From: Bacteroidales bacterium
GTDB lineage: Bacteria; Bacteroidota; Bacteroidia; Bacteroidales; VadinHA17
Direction of reading: 5' to 3'
DNA length: 62,578 bases
NCBI GenBank assembly: GCA_012517605.1
Contig: JAAYUS010000044.1
Span: 1-62,578 of the forward strand
This document shows positions 29,430 through 38,208 of this stretch, piece by piece (the stretch's first letter is position 1; the number at the start of each line of letters is the position of its first letter). The notes beneath the pieces are model-generated. The model did not search any database. It saw nothing but the letters and a program-made list of their open reading frames with translations, and had not been told where the DNA came from. The translations under genes were made by a program, and so were the position numbers.

Positions 29430-32099
29430 CTATTCTTTTTGTCCTTTAAGATAATTTTCCTTAAAGAATAGAAAGTAACGTTCCGGATTTTTGTCCCCGT
29501 CGAGAGTTTTAAGATTGTCGCCATTAATGAGGAAGGTCATTGTTTCAGTACCTGATGCATTTCTGATTACCTTCTCAATGTTGAAAGAATTGTAATATTC
29601 CCATGCAACTTTGTTGTCGGGGAAGCCCGAAACGGTGATTTTGATGTAACGGTTATCGACAAGCAAACCTTCTGTCCGGTAATTCCTGTTGGTGTAATTA
29701 TCAATATTATAACTTATCACGTCAAAAGAAGCCTGGTTGAGATTAAAAGCCGGGTTATTGATTATAATGACGAATGAATAAGATGAAGCGGTATCGACTT
29801 TGTAAATTTCCTTTGCAACAATTATCTCTTCTTCGATTTTCAGTTCAGGCAGTTTCTGGTCGAGATAAGCAGTAAGTTCTGCAGCTTTTTTGCCTGCTTC
29901 AGTTCCGGGCCATGATCTTGCGACGCGGGTGAGTTCTTCCCTGAAAGCCCTTTCATCGCTTGTTCTCGCGACAGAATATGCTTTGAGAAGCATGAATTTA
30001 GGAGCAAGATCATCTATGGGTCTTGCCTTAAGGGAACTGTCACATAGTGCAATGGCTTCATTATATTTTCCCGACAGGTAAAGATCGTATGCTGCTTCAT
30101 AGGATCTTTCCGATTCCCTGATTGCTGCCATCTTTTTGTTAAAGTAATCAGGATCCGAGATTATCTTCGAGAATTCGCTTTCGGGATATCTTTCAAGGAG
30201 CCGCTGGCGGGCTACTTCTGATTTCGGCGGGTTGGTGTCCTTATACAACCTGTAAAGGTCATACAATGCTTCAGGTACCAGCTCATTCTGCGGGAATCTC
30301 TTCAGAAGCATTTCAAATGATTCTGATGCTTTACCGGCATCGTTTATTTTTTCCCAGAATACCTTACCCGCATTATAGTAAGCATTTGCAATCTTTTCGT
30401 CTGATATTGCAATCAGGGAATCGTTGAGAGGCAGGTTCTTAAGATAAAATTCAGGTTTCCTGAAATCCATCACCGCGCTTAATGTGTCTTTGACTTTATT
30501 TCCGTTTTCTTCCTGGCCGGCAGAAGCGGACTGGATATTAACCCTGTTCTTGTTCGATCGCCTCCAGTTATCCTCGAGCCTTCTCTGGCCCCACCGCCTT
30601 CTGAATTCAGTACGGCCGAAAGTCAGAGCTGTCTGGTTATAAAAATACCATTTGCCTTCCTGGGCAATATTATCCTGAAATCTTCTTTCATTTTCATAGT
30701 ACTGCCCTATGTTGGCACGGTCGGAATAATCTGTTGTTTTCCCGGAGCTCTCTGCCTTTTCGGCCATGGCAATTATGCCGGCGATCAGGGAATTCCTTTC
30801 ACTCTCAGGCATTGTTGCAACTCTCCGGAGGCTGTCCTCTTCCTGTATTACTGTAAGGTAACCTGCAAGTGTATTCAGGTTTTGTGATTTTAACTTCAGC
30901 TCATTGTATTCAGGATATTTCTGATCGAGGAAAATCATGGCACTGTCATAATATTTCCCCGACATGAGGTAATCAGGCTTGCTGAAATAATAATCTGCCA
31001 GGGCAAGATATGATTTGGCTTTCTGGTTCTGGTTGATAGTGCTTGAGGCTGCCGATTTCTTATAGAAATCAAGGGCTTCAATATCTTTTCCCTCCTTTTT
31101 CATCAGGCTTCCAAGTGCATAATATATCTGATCCTGGAAATCCTTGTTTTTGGAATCCCTCAGCATTTTCCCCAATTCCTTCTTTATATCTTCAGGATCG
31201 CCTGAATTTATATCAAATACCCCGGCAATATTTATACGGGCATTGAATTCAACATCATAGGGAGGATTCATTTTTACCACATCCCTGTAGAGTGCAATCG
31301 CTTTTGCTGCATTGCCGGTCTGTTCATTAAGCTGGGCAAGAAGATATGTAAGCCTGTATTTTGAACGTTTGCCTTTTACATACCCGAGCGAGACGGTAAG
31401 GGGTTCAATTGCTTCCTGATATTTCTTCTGCTTAATATAAAGATCAGCCAGGGTAGTGTAATACAACGATTTAAGTGATTTTGATGCAGATTGTGGTATT
31501 TCAGTCTCATTCAGGATCCGGTTTGCTTCCGGATAGTTTCCTTTTTCACTGTTTATCCTTGCAAGCCATATTGAGGATTCGGTTCTGATGACAGGGTCGT
31601 TGGCCTCGGCAATGCAATATGTGAAAACGGAAGCTGCTTCGCTGAATTCATGCCTGTAAAACCTTGAAAGGGCTATAAGATAATAGCTGTCATCCACCCA
31701 TTCATTGAATTCCTTTTTTTCAAGGAGGGCTTTCTCATTATTGGTAAGATCTCTTTTTGATTTAAATTCCGGCCTTGCCGTTATGGATTTCAGCGATATA
31801 AGCTTGGATGCTTTCTGGATGGCCCTGTCCATGTCGGAGGAGCAAAGTGACACGGTGACAGGATCGCTGTTCATGAAGACCCTGAGCATCTCTGAAAAAT
31901 CGTCCCTGTAGCCGTTTTCAATTTTTGCCACACCTGACTTATAGCTTTCATAGCCATTGAAATAAATATTGAACCTGGCTGTAAGGCCATGGTAAAACCT
32001 TGTCGTACCGGTGTTCTTTTCAACTGAGCAGTTTGCAAGGAACAACAGCAATCCAAGTATAGTCAGGAATTTATATGATACTCTTCCGGAAGACAACAA
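29430..32099 (-). CDS. porW: TPR-repeat lipoprotein, PorW/SprE-like T9SS/gliding component
   Basis: Lipoprotein signal LLLFLANCSVEKN, then TRFYHGLTARFNIYFNGYESYKSG (an SprE-like N-terminus), then many TPR-like repeats. 889 aa. The only in-frame start is TTG at 32099. Confidence 0.6.
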   Translation of the reverse strand: MLSSGRVSYKFLTILGLLLFLANCSVEKNTGTTRFYHGLTARFNIYFNGYESYKSGVAKIENGYRDDFSEMLRVFMNSDPVTVSLCSSDMDRAIQKASKLISLKSITARPEFKSKRDLTNNEKALLEKKEFNEWVDDSYYLIALSRFYRHEFSEAASVFTYCIAEANDPVIRTESSIWLARINSEKGNYPEANRILNETEIPQSASKSLKSLYYTTLADLYIKQKKYQEAIEPLTVSLGYVKGKRSKYRLTYLLAQLNEQTGNAAKAIALYRDVVKMNPPYDVEFNARINIAGVFDINSGDPEDIKKELGKMLRDSKNKDFQDQIYYALGSLMKKEGKDIEALDFYKKSAASSTINQNQKAKSYLALADYYFSKPDYLMSGKYYDSAMIFLDQKYPEYNELKLKSQNLNTLAGYLTVIQEEDSLRRVATMPESERNSLIAGIIAMAEKAESSGKTTDYSDRANIGQYYENERRFQDNIAQEGKWYFYNQTALTFGRTEFRRRWGQRRLEDNWRRSNKNRVNIQSASAGQEENGNKVKDTLSAVMDFRKPEFYLKNLPLNDSLIAISDEKIANAYYNAGKVFWEKINDAGKASESFEMLLKRFPQNELVPEALYDLYRLYKDTNPPKSEVARQRLLERYPESEFSKIISDPDYFNKKMAAIRESERSYEAAYDLYLSGKYNEAIALCDSSLKARPIDDLAPKFMLLKAYSVARTSDERAFREELTRVARSWPGTEAGKKAAELTAYLDQKLPELKIEEEIIVAKEIYKVDTASSYSFVIIINNPAFNLNQASFDVISYNIDNYTNRNYRTEGLLVDNRYIKITVSGFPDNKVAWEYYNSFNIEKVIRNASGTETMTFLINGDNLKTLDGDKNPERYFLFFKENYLKGQKE

Positions 32100-32144
32100 A
32101 AGCTATTTAATACTATAAACTTACTTAAAGTCGGTATAGTATTC

Positions 32145-32152
32145 CAAAGGTA
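32145..32152 (-). promoter_or_regulatory. Candidate -7 box TACCTTTG upstream of porW
   Basis: The plus strand reads CAAAGGTA, 45 nt upstream of the porW start. Confidence 0.33.
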
Positions 32153-32177
32153 AGCAAAATTGCATTGGTGCTTTATA

Positions 32178-32417
32178 TCAGGCTGAGATCACTTTCTTTA
32201 TCTCGGGTACTTCCTGCATAATCGCCTGCTCCACGCCAGCCTTGAGGGTCTGCATGCTGAAAGGACAGCCATGGCAGGCTCCGGTCAGCTTTACCTTTAC
32301 TGTAAGATCTTCCGTTATCTCAATTAGATCGATGTCTCCGCCATCATTCTGAAGATAGGGCCTTACCCTGTTCAATGCCTTTACAACTCTTTCCTGAATA
32401 GTTTTCTGTTCTGCCAT
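32178..32417 (-). CDS. NifU-like Fe-S cluster domain protein (Nfu C-terminal type)
   Basis: The CxxC motif GACHGCPFS sits in a typical 79-aa NifU C-domain. Confidence 0.82.
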   Translation of the reverse strand: MAEQKTIQERVVKALNRVRPYLQNDGGDIDLIEITEDLTVKVKLTGACHGCPFSMQTLKAGVEQAIMQEVPEIKKVISA

Positions 32418-32426
32418 TTCTGATGA

Positions 32427-33530
32427 TTATTTATTCATTTCAACTTTAATTGTTGGTCTGTGGTCCCTGTTTCTAATTTCAACTTTTTCGATGACCTCAT
32501 CGGCAAGATCCATGAACGCATTTGCCGTTGCCGAGCCATCAAGGACCACCGGGTTACCATTATCGCTTCCCTCGCATATGCTTTGCACGAGAGGAATCTG
32601 TCCCAGCAGGGGGACATCCATTTTCTCAGCCAGATCCCTGCAGCCGTCTTTCCCGAAAATATAATATTTTTTATCTGGCAGTTCTGCGGGGGTGAACCAC
32701 GACATGTTTTCTACAAGCCCCAGCACCGGAACGTTGATCTTTTCACTTCTGAACATCGAAATGCCCTTTATAGCATCTGCAAGTGCAACCGCCTGAGGCG
32801 TGCTTACCACTATTGCTCCTGTAACGGGAACTTCCTGGACGAGAGTGAGATGTATATCGCTGGTGCCGGGAGGCAGGTCAAAGATAAGGTAATCAAGTTC
32901 TCCCCAGTCTCCCTGTTCCATCAATTGTTTCAAAAATCCTGAGGCCATCGGACCTCTCCAGATTACTGCCTCGGAAGGACTGACAAAGAATCCGGTCGAG
33001 AGGATTTTGACACCGTATCTCTCAAGAGGGACGATAAGGTCTTTTCCGTCTTTCATTCTTACCTCGGGCCTGTAATCCTCTGCATTAAGCATCTTTGGAA
33101 TGGAAGGTCCGAATATGTCAGCATCCAGAAGTCCCACACTGAATCCCTTCATACCGATAGCTATAGCCAGGTTTACTGCGATTGTGGATTTTCCGACCCC
33201 TCCTTTTCCCGAAGAAACGGCAATTATGTTCTTTATGCCCGACAGCAATTCTTTTTCCTTTTCGTGATGCTTGGGAACCTCGACCCTTGGTATAACCCTG
33301 ATATCCCTGACTGTAACATCGGGACCCAGATTTTCCTTGAGGCTTCGTGTGACAGAACTCCTTATTGAATTTATAAAAGGATCATTTGATTTGTCAGGGG
33401 CAAGTGTGATCGAAATTCCTTCGGAATCAGAAATAATCTCTGAGACCAACCCCAGAGTTACAATATCTTTTCCCTTTTCGGGATGTTTGACTTCTGCCAA
33501 TGCCGCCAGTATCTTTTCTTTACTATACAT
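32427..33530 (-). CDS. apbC: Mrp/NBP35/ApbC-family Fe-S cluster carrier ATPase
   Basis: N-terminal DUF59-like domain, a deviant Walker A SGKGGVGKST, 367 aa. Confidence 0.9.
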   Translation of the reverse strand: MYSKEKILAALAEVKHPEKGKDIVTLGLVSEIISDSEGISITLAPDKSNDPFINSIRSSVTRSLKENLGPDVTVRDIRVIPRVEVPKHHEKEKELLSGIKNIIAVSSGKGGVGKSTIAVNLAIAIGMKGFSVGLLDADIFGPSIPKMLNAEDYRPEVRMKDGKDLIVPLERYGVKILSTGFFVSPSEAVIWRGPMASGFLKQLMEQGDWGELDYLIFDLPPGTSDIHLTLVQEVPVTGAIVVSTPQAVALADAIKGISMFRSEKINVPVLGLVENMSWFTPAELPDKKYYIFGKDGCRDLAEKMDVPLLGQIPLVQSICEGSDNGNPVVLDGSATANAFMDLADEVIEKVEIRNRDHRPTIKVEMNK

Positions 33531-33665
33531 GAGGATTTGTTTTTTGCTGAAGCCGGATACTGTTCCTGCGGTAAAGTAGCTCCGGCATTATTCATACTTA
33601 TAACCGATTCTTTATTTTTATTTAAATTAAATATAAACAAGCTGCAATTTTAGCTATTTTTTAGC

Positions 33666-34049
33666 TTATACCAAAATTTGTTTCAATTCCTTTGAGGGAT
33701 CCCAGAATTTTTCCGCGAAATTGATAATCCTGTCTTCTTCAACTATCAGGCCCTCATTTTCAAGAAGTTGCTGCATTGTTGAGGAATTGCCGAAGTGATG
33801 TTTTCCTGTAAGAAGGCCGTTGCGGTTAACCACTCGGTGGGCAGGGATGAATTCAGGCCTGGTATGTGAGGCATTAAGAGCCCAGCCAACCATACGGGCC
33901 GAACGCCCCGATCCAAGATATCTGGCGATCGCGCCGTAGGAAGTTATTCTGCCATAAGGGATCAGCAGTGTTATGTCGTAGACCCTGCTGAAGAAGTCAT
34001 TAGCTGATTTCCGTTTCCCATCCGTGGCTGATATTTTTGTTTTTTTCAA
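33666..34049 (-). CDS. Alkyltransferase-like (MGMT-family DNA-binding domain) protein lacking the acceptor cysteine
   Basis: YGRITSYGAIARYLG and IPAHRVVNRNG correspond to the canonical PCHRV motif with Cys replaced by Ala. The only available start is TTG at 34049, which overlaps the trmB 3' end. Confidence 0.72.
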   Translation of the reverse strand: MKKTKISATDGKRKSANDFFSRVYDITLLIPYGRITSYGAIARYLGSGRSARMVGWALNASHTRPEFIPAHRVVNRNGLLTGKHHFGNSSTMQQLLENEGLIVEEDRIINFAEKFWDPSKELKQILV

Positions 34050-34806
34050 GTCTGAATGCGAGATAGTTTATTTTTAATCCTTTTTCCATAAACTTCAGCT
34101 CGTAATGAGTTTTTATTGAATGGATCCCGGGAGAAATTCGATTTATGTAATCATTATCGTGAGGATCCGGACATAAGCTGCACGGAACCGGGATGTTATC
34201 CCGGCGCATTGAGTCCATGTCATTTGTAGCGTAAAGGATCTCGAGCGAATTGTCAGTGGCAAGCTTCAGGGTATAGTTGTAGAGTTCAGTGTTATCGGTT
34301 TTGAGATGAACTATCCCCTTATCTTTCAGAAGGATGCGGTATTTATTCAGGAAAAACGGACATGTGAGTCTTTTGTTTGAATTCTTTTTCCCCGGATGAG
34401 GGTCAGGGAAGACTATCCATATCTCATCAATCTCATCGGGACCAAAAAAAGAACTTATGAATTCAATTCTTGTCCTCAGGAATGCAGTATTGCCCAGCCC
34501 TTTTTCGGAAGCCGTTTTGGCACCCCGCCAGATCCTTGCTCCTTTTATGTCGACGCCAATAAAACTGGCGCCGGGGAAAAGTTGTGACAAGCCAATCGTA
34601 TATTCACCCTTTCCGCATGCAAGTTCCAGAACAACAGGATTATCATTCCCGAAAACGTCGCGTCTCCAGTTGCCTTTGAGGGGATCATCATTTCCCGGTT
34701 TTAATGACGGACCGGGCTGGATAACATTCCGGAAGGTCTCAAGCTCAGCCCAGCGCTGAAGTTTATTTTTTCCCACTGCCGGAATTCTTTTTTGGATTCC
34801 TTTCAA
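34000..34806 (-). CDS. trmB: tRNA (guanine-N7)-methyltransferase
   Basis: GKNKLQRWAEL N-terminus, SAM motif LELACGKGEYT, FPDPH motif. An alternative GTG start at 34776 gives VGKNKLQRW. Confidence 0.86.
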   Translation of the reverse strand: MKGIQKRIPAVGKNKLQRWAELETFRNVIQPGPSLKPGNDDPLKGNWRRDVFGNDNPVVLELACGKGEYTIGLSQLFPGASFIGVDIKGARIWRGAKTASEKGLGNTAFLRTRIEFISSFFGPDEIDEIWIVFPDPHPGKKNSNKRLTCPFFLNKYRILLKDKGIVHLKTDNTELYNYTLKLATDNSLEILYATNDMDSMRRDNIPVPCSLCPDPHDNDYINRISPGIHSIKTHYELKFMEKGLKINYLAFRLEKNKNISHGWETEIS

Positions 34807-35263
34807 CCCTCAGCCCGAAATCGTATACTCCCCTGAGGTCTTCCATTCTCATTCCATGCTGTATCCTTATCTGCCATTCACCTGATGAAGGGAAGTATAT
34901 ATTTGACTTGTACGGCAGCTTCAACTCGTGAATATCTCCGGTTCCTTTCCCGTACCAGTTTCCTTTTTCATCAGCCAGTTCATACTGAAGGGTATCAGTA
35001 ATCATTTTGTCTCCCGGAGCCGTAGTTGTCACAAAAAGGTAAATATTCCTGTAGGGATATGAGGATCCGGTCCGGATAATAAAGTAAATATTATTGCTGC
35101 TGGCAGTATCGGTTACAGGAAAGCTGAATGAGGCTACGTTTGCCAGGGCCCATGTGTTTCCTTTCATTGCAACAGAATCAGTAAAAACAACATTGCTGTT
35201 GCATGACGTAAGTGCCAGAGCCAGAAGGATGAATGGAAAAAACCTATTTGTTCCTTTTATCAT
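34763..35263 (-). CDS. gldH: Gliding-motility lipoprotein GldH
   Basis: Lipoprotein signal FILLALALTSCNS, YPYRNIYLFV and ADEKGNWYGKGTGD patterns. About 166 aa from the ATG at 35263 (ORF track 34763..35401). It sits in the holB-PSP1-gldH synteny. Confidence 0.7.
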   Translation of the reverse strand: MIKGTNRFFPFILLALALTSCNSNVVFTDSVAMKGNTWALANVASFSFPVTDTASSNNIYFIIRTGSSYPYRNIYLFVTTTAPGDKMITDTLQYELADEKGNWYGKGTGDIHELKLPYKSNIYFPSSGEWQIRIQHGMRMEDLRGVYDFGLRVERNPKKNSGSGKK

Positions 35264-36395
35264 TATATCTCCTGTTTTTCTTCTTGTGTGAGTGTTTTGA
35301 ATACGGTTTTTTGGGTTCCTGCGAATCGAACCTCGTAAGACTGCTGTGTTCAAGCAGATCAGTCCGGGAAGATTCTGCATCAGCAGAAGGTTCATTGACA
35401 AGCAGTTTTTCAGGCTTTTGCCCTTTCCTGTTCATTGCCTGTATCTCCCTTACTCTTTCAACAGGGACTGCCGTAAGGTTGGCCGGGATATTTGGATCAG
35501 TGCTGTACCAGTAAATGCTTTTATGGACTTCCATTTTCATGAAATAGGCAGTAGAGTTTGTCAGTTCAAGAGGTATATCCCTTGGGGGGAAAGACCTCTG
35601 GGCATCGACATAGCAATCGAACTCAAAGTTAAGGCAGCATTTCAGTTTGCTGCATTGGCCGGCGAGCTTCTGCGGATTAAGTGACAACTCCTGGTATTTG
35701 GCATGTGTTGTTGTTACGGAAATGAAATTGCAAATATGTGTGGAACAGCAAAGTTCCCGCCCGCATGATCCGATTCCTCCTATTCTCCCTGCTTCCTGTC
35801 TTGCCCCAATCTGGCGCATTTCGATCCTTACCCGGAACTCTTCTGCAAGGACTTTTATCAGTTGCCTGAAATCGACTCTTTCATCAGCGATATAGTAGAA
35901 TATTGCCTTGGTCCTGTCGCCCTGGTACTCAACGTCGCCAATTTTCATGTTAAGTTTAAGGTCCTCGGCTATCTGCCTTGAGCGAAGCATTGTAGGTGTT
36001 TCAAGTTTCCTGGCCTCCTCCCATTTGATTATGTCAACAGGCTTGGCCTTGCGGTATACTTTTTTCATATCTTCGGCTGAGGGCAGCATCTTCAGCCTTT
36101 TCAACTGTTCACGTATGAGGCTGCCGGTCATCGAAACCCTGCCGATATCATGTCCGGGAGATGCTTCAACTGCCACAATATCGCCTATTTCAAGCCTCAG
36201 GCCGTTTACATTTCTGTAGAAGCCCTTTCTTGTGTTTTTGAAACGTATTTCTACAATATCATTTTCTGTAGGCACAAAAGCAATATCCTTTAACCAGTTG
36301 AAAGAATCAAGTTTATTTAAGCCGGGTTTGTATGTGATATCAGGCAACCGCAGTTCTTCGCCCTGCTGTGCTGACAATTCTTCATTCTCTGTCAT
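35244..36395 (-). CDS. PSP1-domain protein (RicT/YaaT-like)
   Basis: PSP1 C-terminal domain with a Cys cluster (GSCGRELCCSTH...QCSKLKCCLNFE), downstream of holB as in many bacteria. It has a basic C-terminal tail. Confidence 0.8.
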   Translation of the reverse strand: MTENEELSAQQGEELRLPDITYKPGLNKLDSFNWLKDIAFVPTENDIVEIRFKNTRKGFYRNVNGLRLEIGDIVAVEASPGHDIGRVSMTGSLIREQLKRLKMLPSAEDMKKVYRKAKPVDIIKWEEARKLETPTMLRSRQIAEDLKLNMKIGDVEYQGDRTKAIFYYIADERVDFRQLIKVLAEEFRVRIEMRQIGARQEAGRIGGIGSCGRELCCSTHICNFISVTTTHAKYQELSLNPQKLAGQCSKLKCCLNFEFDCYVDAQRSFPPRDIPLELTNSTAYFMKMEVHKSIYWYSTDPNIPANLTAVPVERVREIQAMNRKGQKPEKLLVNEPSADAESSRTDLLEHSSLTRFDSQEPKKPYSKHSHKKKNRRYNDKRNK

Positions 36396-36423
36396 ATCCG
36401 ATCTTTATACAGATTTAATGGCG

Positions 36424-36431
36424 CAAAAGTA
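36424..36431 (-). promoter_or_regulatory. Candidate -7 box TACTTTTG upstream of the PSP1-domain gene
   Basis: The plus strand reads CAAAAGTA, 28 nt upstream of the ATG at 36395. Confidence 0.33.
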
Positions 36432-36469
36432 ATGAATAAATGGATCACTATCAATATTCCGCCAAACCG

Positions 36470-37600
36470 TCACCTGACTATCAGGCGGGTGATCCTCAGC
36501 CCCAGGTCAAGAAATATTATGCGGGCATTGCCATTCGCCTCAATGTGTGAGTAAGCTTTATTTATCTCTTCGCTGAACGAATAAATATTTTCCTGGTTGA
36601 TAAAAGGGTGGAATTTGGCAGAGAATTCCGATTCCTCTCCTGTAAGGTAAACAAGGCTGTTCTTTTTCTGACCCAGAGTGATCATGAGGTTTTCTCTCAG
36701 AAGCCTTAGTGTGAATGAAAGGAAGTTTTTCTGAGGTTCCCGTCCTATTGCTGCCATTTCCTCCGACCAGTTTATTAATGAGACAATATCTCTTTTCCAG
36801 GCAAAACGCATCAGTGTTTTGAAGTAGTCAAGATTCTTCAGTGAAGAATCTTCATTTTCGCATAGTTCCACAGCACGTATGAGATTGCCATTGACCACTC
36901 CTGCAATATCATCTGCCTTTGCTTTGTGAATCCTGAATGTATCAACAAGGTACGATGAGATCTCCTCAAATCTGAATGACGGTATCTTTAACAGCTGGCA
37001 TCTTGAAATAATTGTCGGGATCACTTTATCAGGTTCATCGGAAACAAGGATAAAAAGTGTCTTTTCCGGCGGCTCTTCAATGAGCTTCAGCAATTTATTG
37101 GCAGAAGAAGGATGCATTTTTTCGGGAAGCCAGATTATCATAATTTTAAAATCCGACTCAAAGGCTTTCAGGCTGAGTTTCCTGAGTATTTCAGATGCCT
37201 CCGATGCGAAAATAAGGCCCTGGGCATTCCCGACCTCAATTGAATCGAGCCATTTATTCAGTGTGAAATAGGGTGATTTTCTTACAAATTCCCTCCATTG
37301 CTCGATATAATTATCGCTTACAGGTTCGGACGAAGCCTTGCTCCTTATCACCGGAAAAACAAAGTGAAGATCGGGGTGGATAAGCTTTTCATATTTAATG
37401 CACGATTTGCACGTACCGCAGGAATCGCGGGGAGTCCTGTCCTCACAACTGATATACTGCGCATATGCCAGTGCAAGAGCAAGATTGCCGCATCCTTCGG
37501 GACCGGTGAACAGCTGTGCATGACTTACCCTTTCTGTTTTAACCGAACCGATAAGTCTTTGGATGATTTCCTTTTGTCCGGGAATATCCGAGAACTTCAT
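36470..37600 (-). CDS. holB: DNA polymerase III subunit delta'
   Basis: HAQLFTGPEGCGN (degenerate P-loop), zinc module CGTCKSC, SRCQ motif (IISRCQLL). Confidence 0.82.
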   Translation of the reverse strand: MKFSDIPGQKEIIQRLIGSVKTERVSHAQLFTGPEGCGNLALALAYAQYISCEDRTPRDSCGTCKSCIKYEKLIHPDLHFVFPVIRSKASSEPVSDNYIEQWREFVRKSPYFTLNKWLDSIEVGNAQGLIFASEASEILRKLSLKAFESDFKIMIIWLPEKMHPSSANKLLKLIEEPPEKTLFILVSDEPDKVIPTIISRCQLLKIPSFRFEEISSYLVDTFRIHKAKADDIAGVVNGNLIRAVELCENEDSSLKNLDYFKTLMRFAWKRDIVSLINWSEEMAAIGREPQKNFLSFTLRLLRENLMITLGQKKNSLVYLTGEESEFSAKFHPFINQENIYSFSEEINKAYSHIEANGNARIIFLDLGLRITRLIVR

Positions 37601-37624
37601 CTGAGGATCAATGTAACAGCGACT

Positions 37625-38122
37625 CTACAATGCTGCAAGAGCTGCATCATAATCGGGTTCAGTGGCAATTTCAGGAACAAGTTGTGAATGTACCACTCTG
37701 CCGGTTTCATCAACAACCACAAGAGCCCGTGCATAAAGGCCTTCAAATAAGCCATCAATAATGCCTACTCCGTACGACCTTGCAAAATCGGTATTTCTGA
37801 AACCGGAAAGCGTTACCACATTTGTAATACCTTCTGTTGTGCAAAATCTGCCATGGGCAAATGGAAGGTCTTTTGTTATTGCCAGAACAACCGTATTTTC
37901 CTTTCCGGCTGCAAGCTGGTTGAATTTACGTACCGAAGTTGCACAGACTGATGTATCGAGACTGGGCGAAATGCTTAGTACGACTTTTTTGCCTCTCAGA
38001 TCAGAAAGCCTGAGGATTCCCAGATCGGATTTAACGAGGTCAAAATCCGGCGCCATGGTTCCGGCCGGTGGAAGTTCTCCGTATGTGTTGACAGGATTTC
38101 CTTTAAGTGTGATTTTAGCCAT
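37625..38122 (-). CDS. tpx: Thiol peroxidase
   Basis: MAKITLKGNP..., peroxidatic Cys in PSLDTSVCATS, 165 aa from the ATG at 38122. The ORF-track start 38152 would include the candidate -7 box. Confidence 0.92.
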   Translation of the reverse strand: MAKITLKGNPVNTYGELPPAGTMAPDFDLVKSDLGILRLSDLRGKKVVLSISPSLDTSVCATSVRKFNQLAAGKENTVVLAITKDLPFAHGRFCTTEGITNVVTLSGFRNTDFARSYGVGIIDGLFEGLYARALVVVDETGRVVHSQLVPEIATEPDYDAALAAL

Positions 38123-38133
38123 ATCTTTTTCTT

Positions 38134-38141
38134 CAAATATA
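38134..38141 (-). promoter_or_regulatory. Candidate -7 box TATATTTG upstream of tpx
   Basis: The plus strand reads CAAATATA, 11 nt upstream of the ATG at 38122 (short leader). Confidence 0.33.
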
Positions 38142-38160
38142 AATATTCCCAAAAAAAATG

Positions 38161-38168
38161 TAGGTTTG
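38161..38168 (+). promoter_or_regulatory. Candidate -7 box TAGGTTTG upstream of pgk
   Basis: Exact TAnnTTTG, 40 nt before the ATG at 38209. Confidence 0.35.
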
Positions 38169-38208
38169 TAAAGGAAAAATTCTTCAGTTAATTTAAAATA
38201 TGTGATCT

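Noticed and set aside
35321-35335. GCGAATCGAACCTCG (reverse complement GAGGTTCGATTCGC) looks like a tRNA T-arm.
   Set aside because: The flanking bases do not form a T-stem, acceptor stem or anticodon arm. The segment also lies inside the well-supported PSP1-domain coding sequence.
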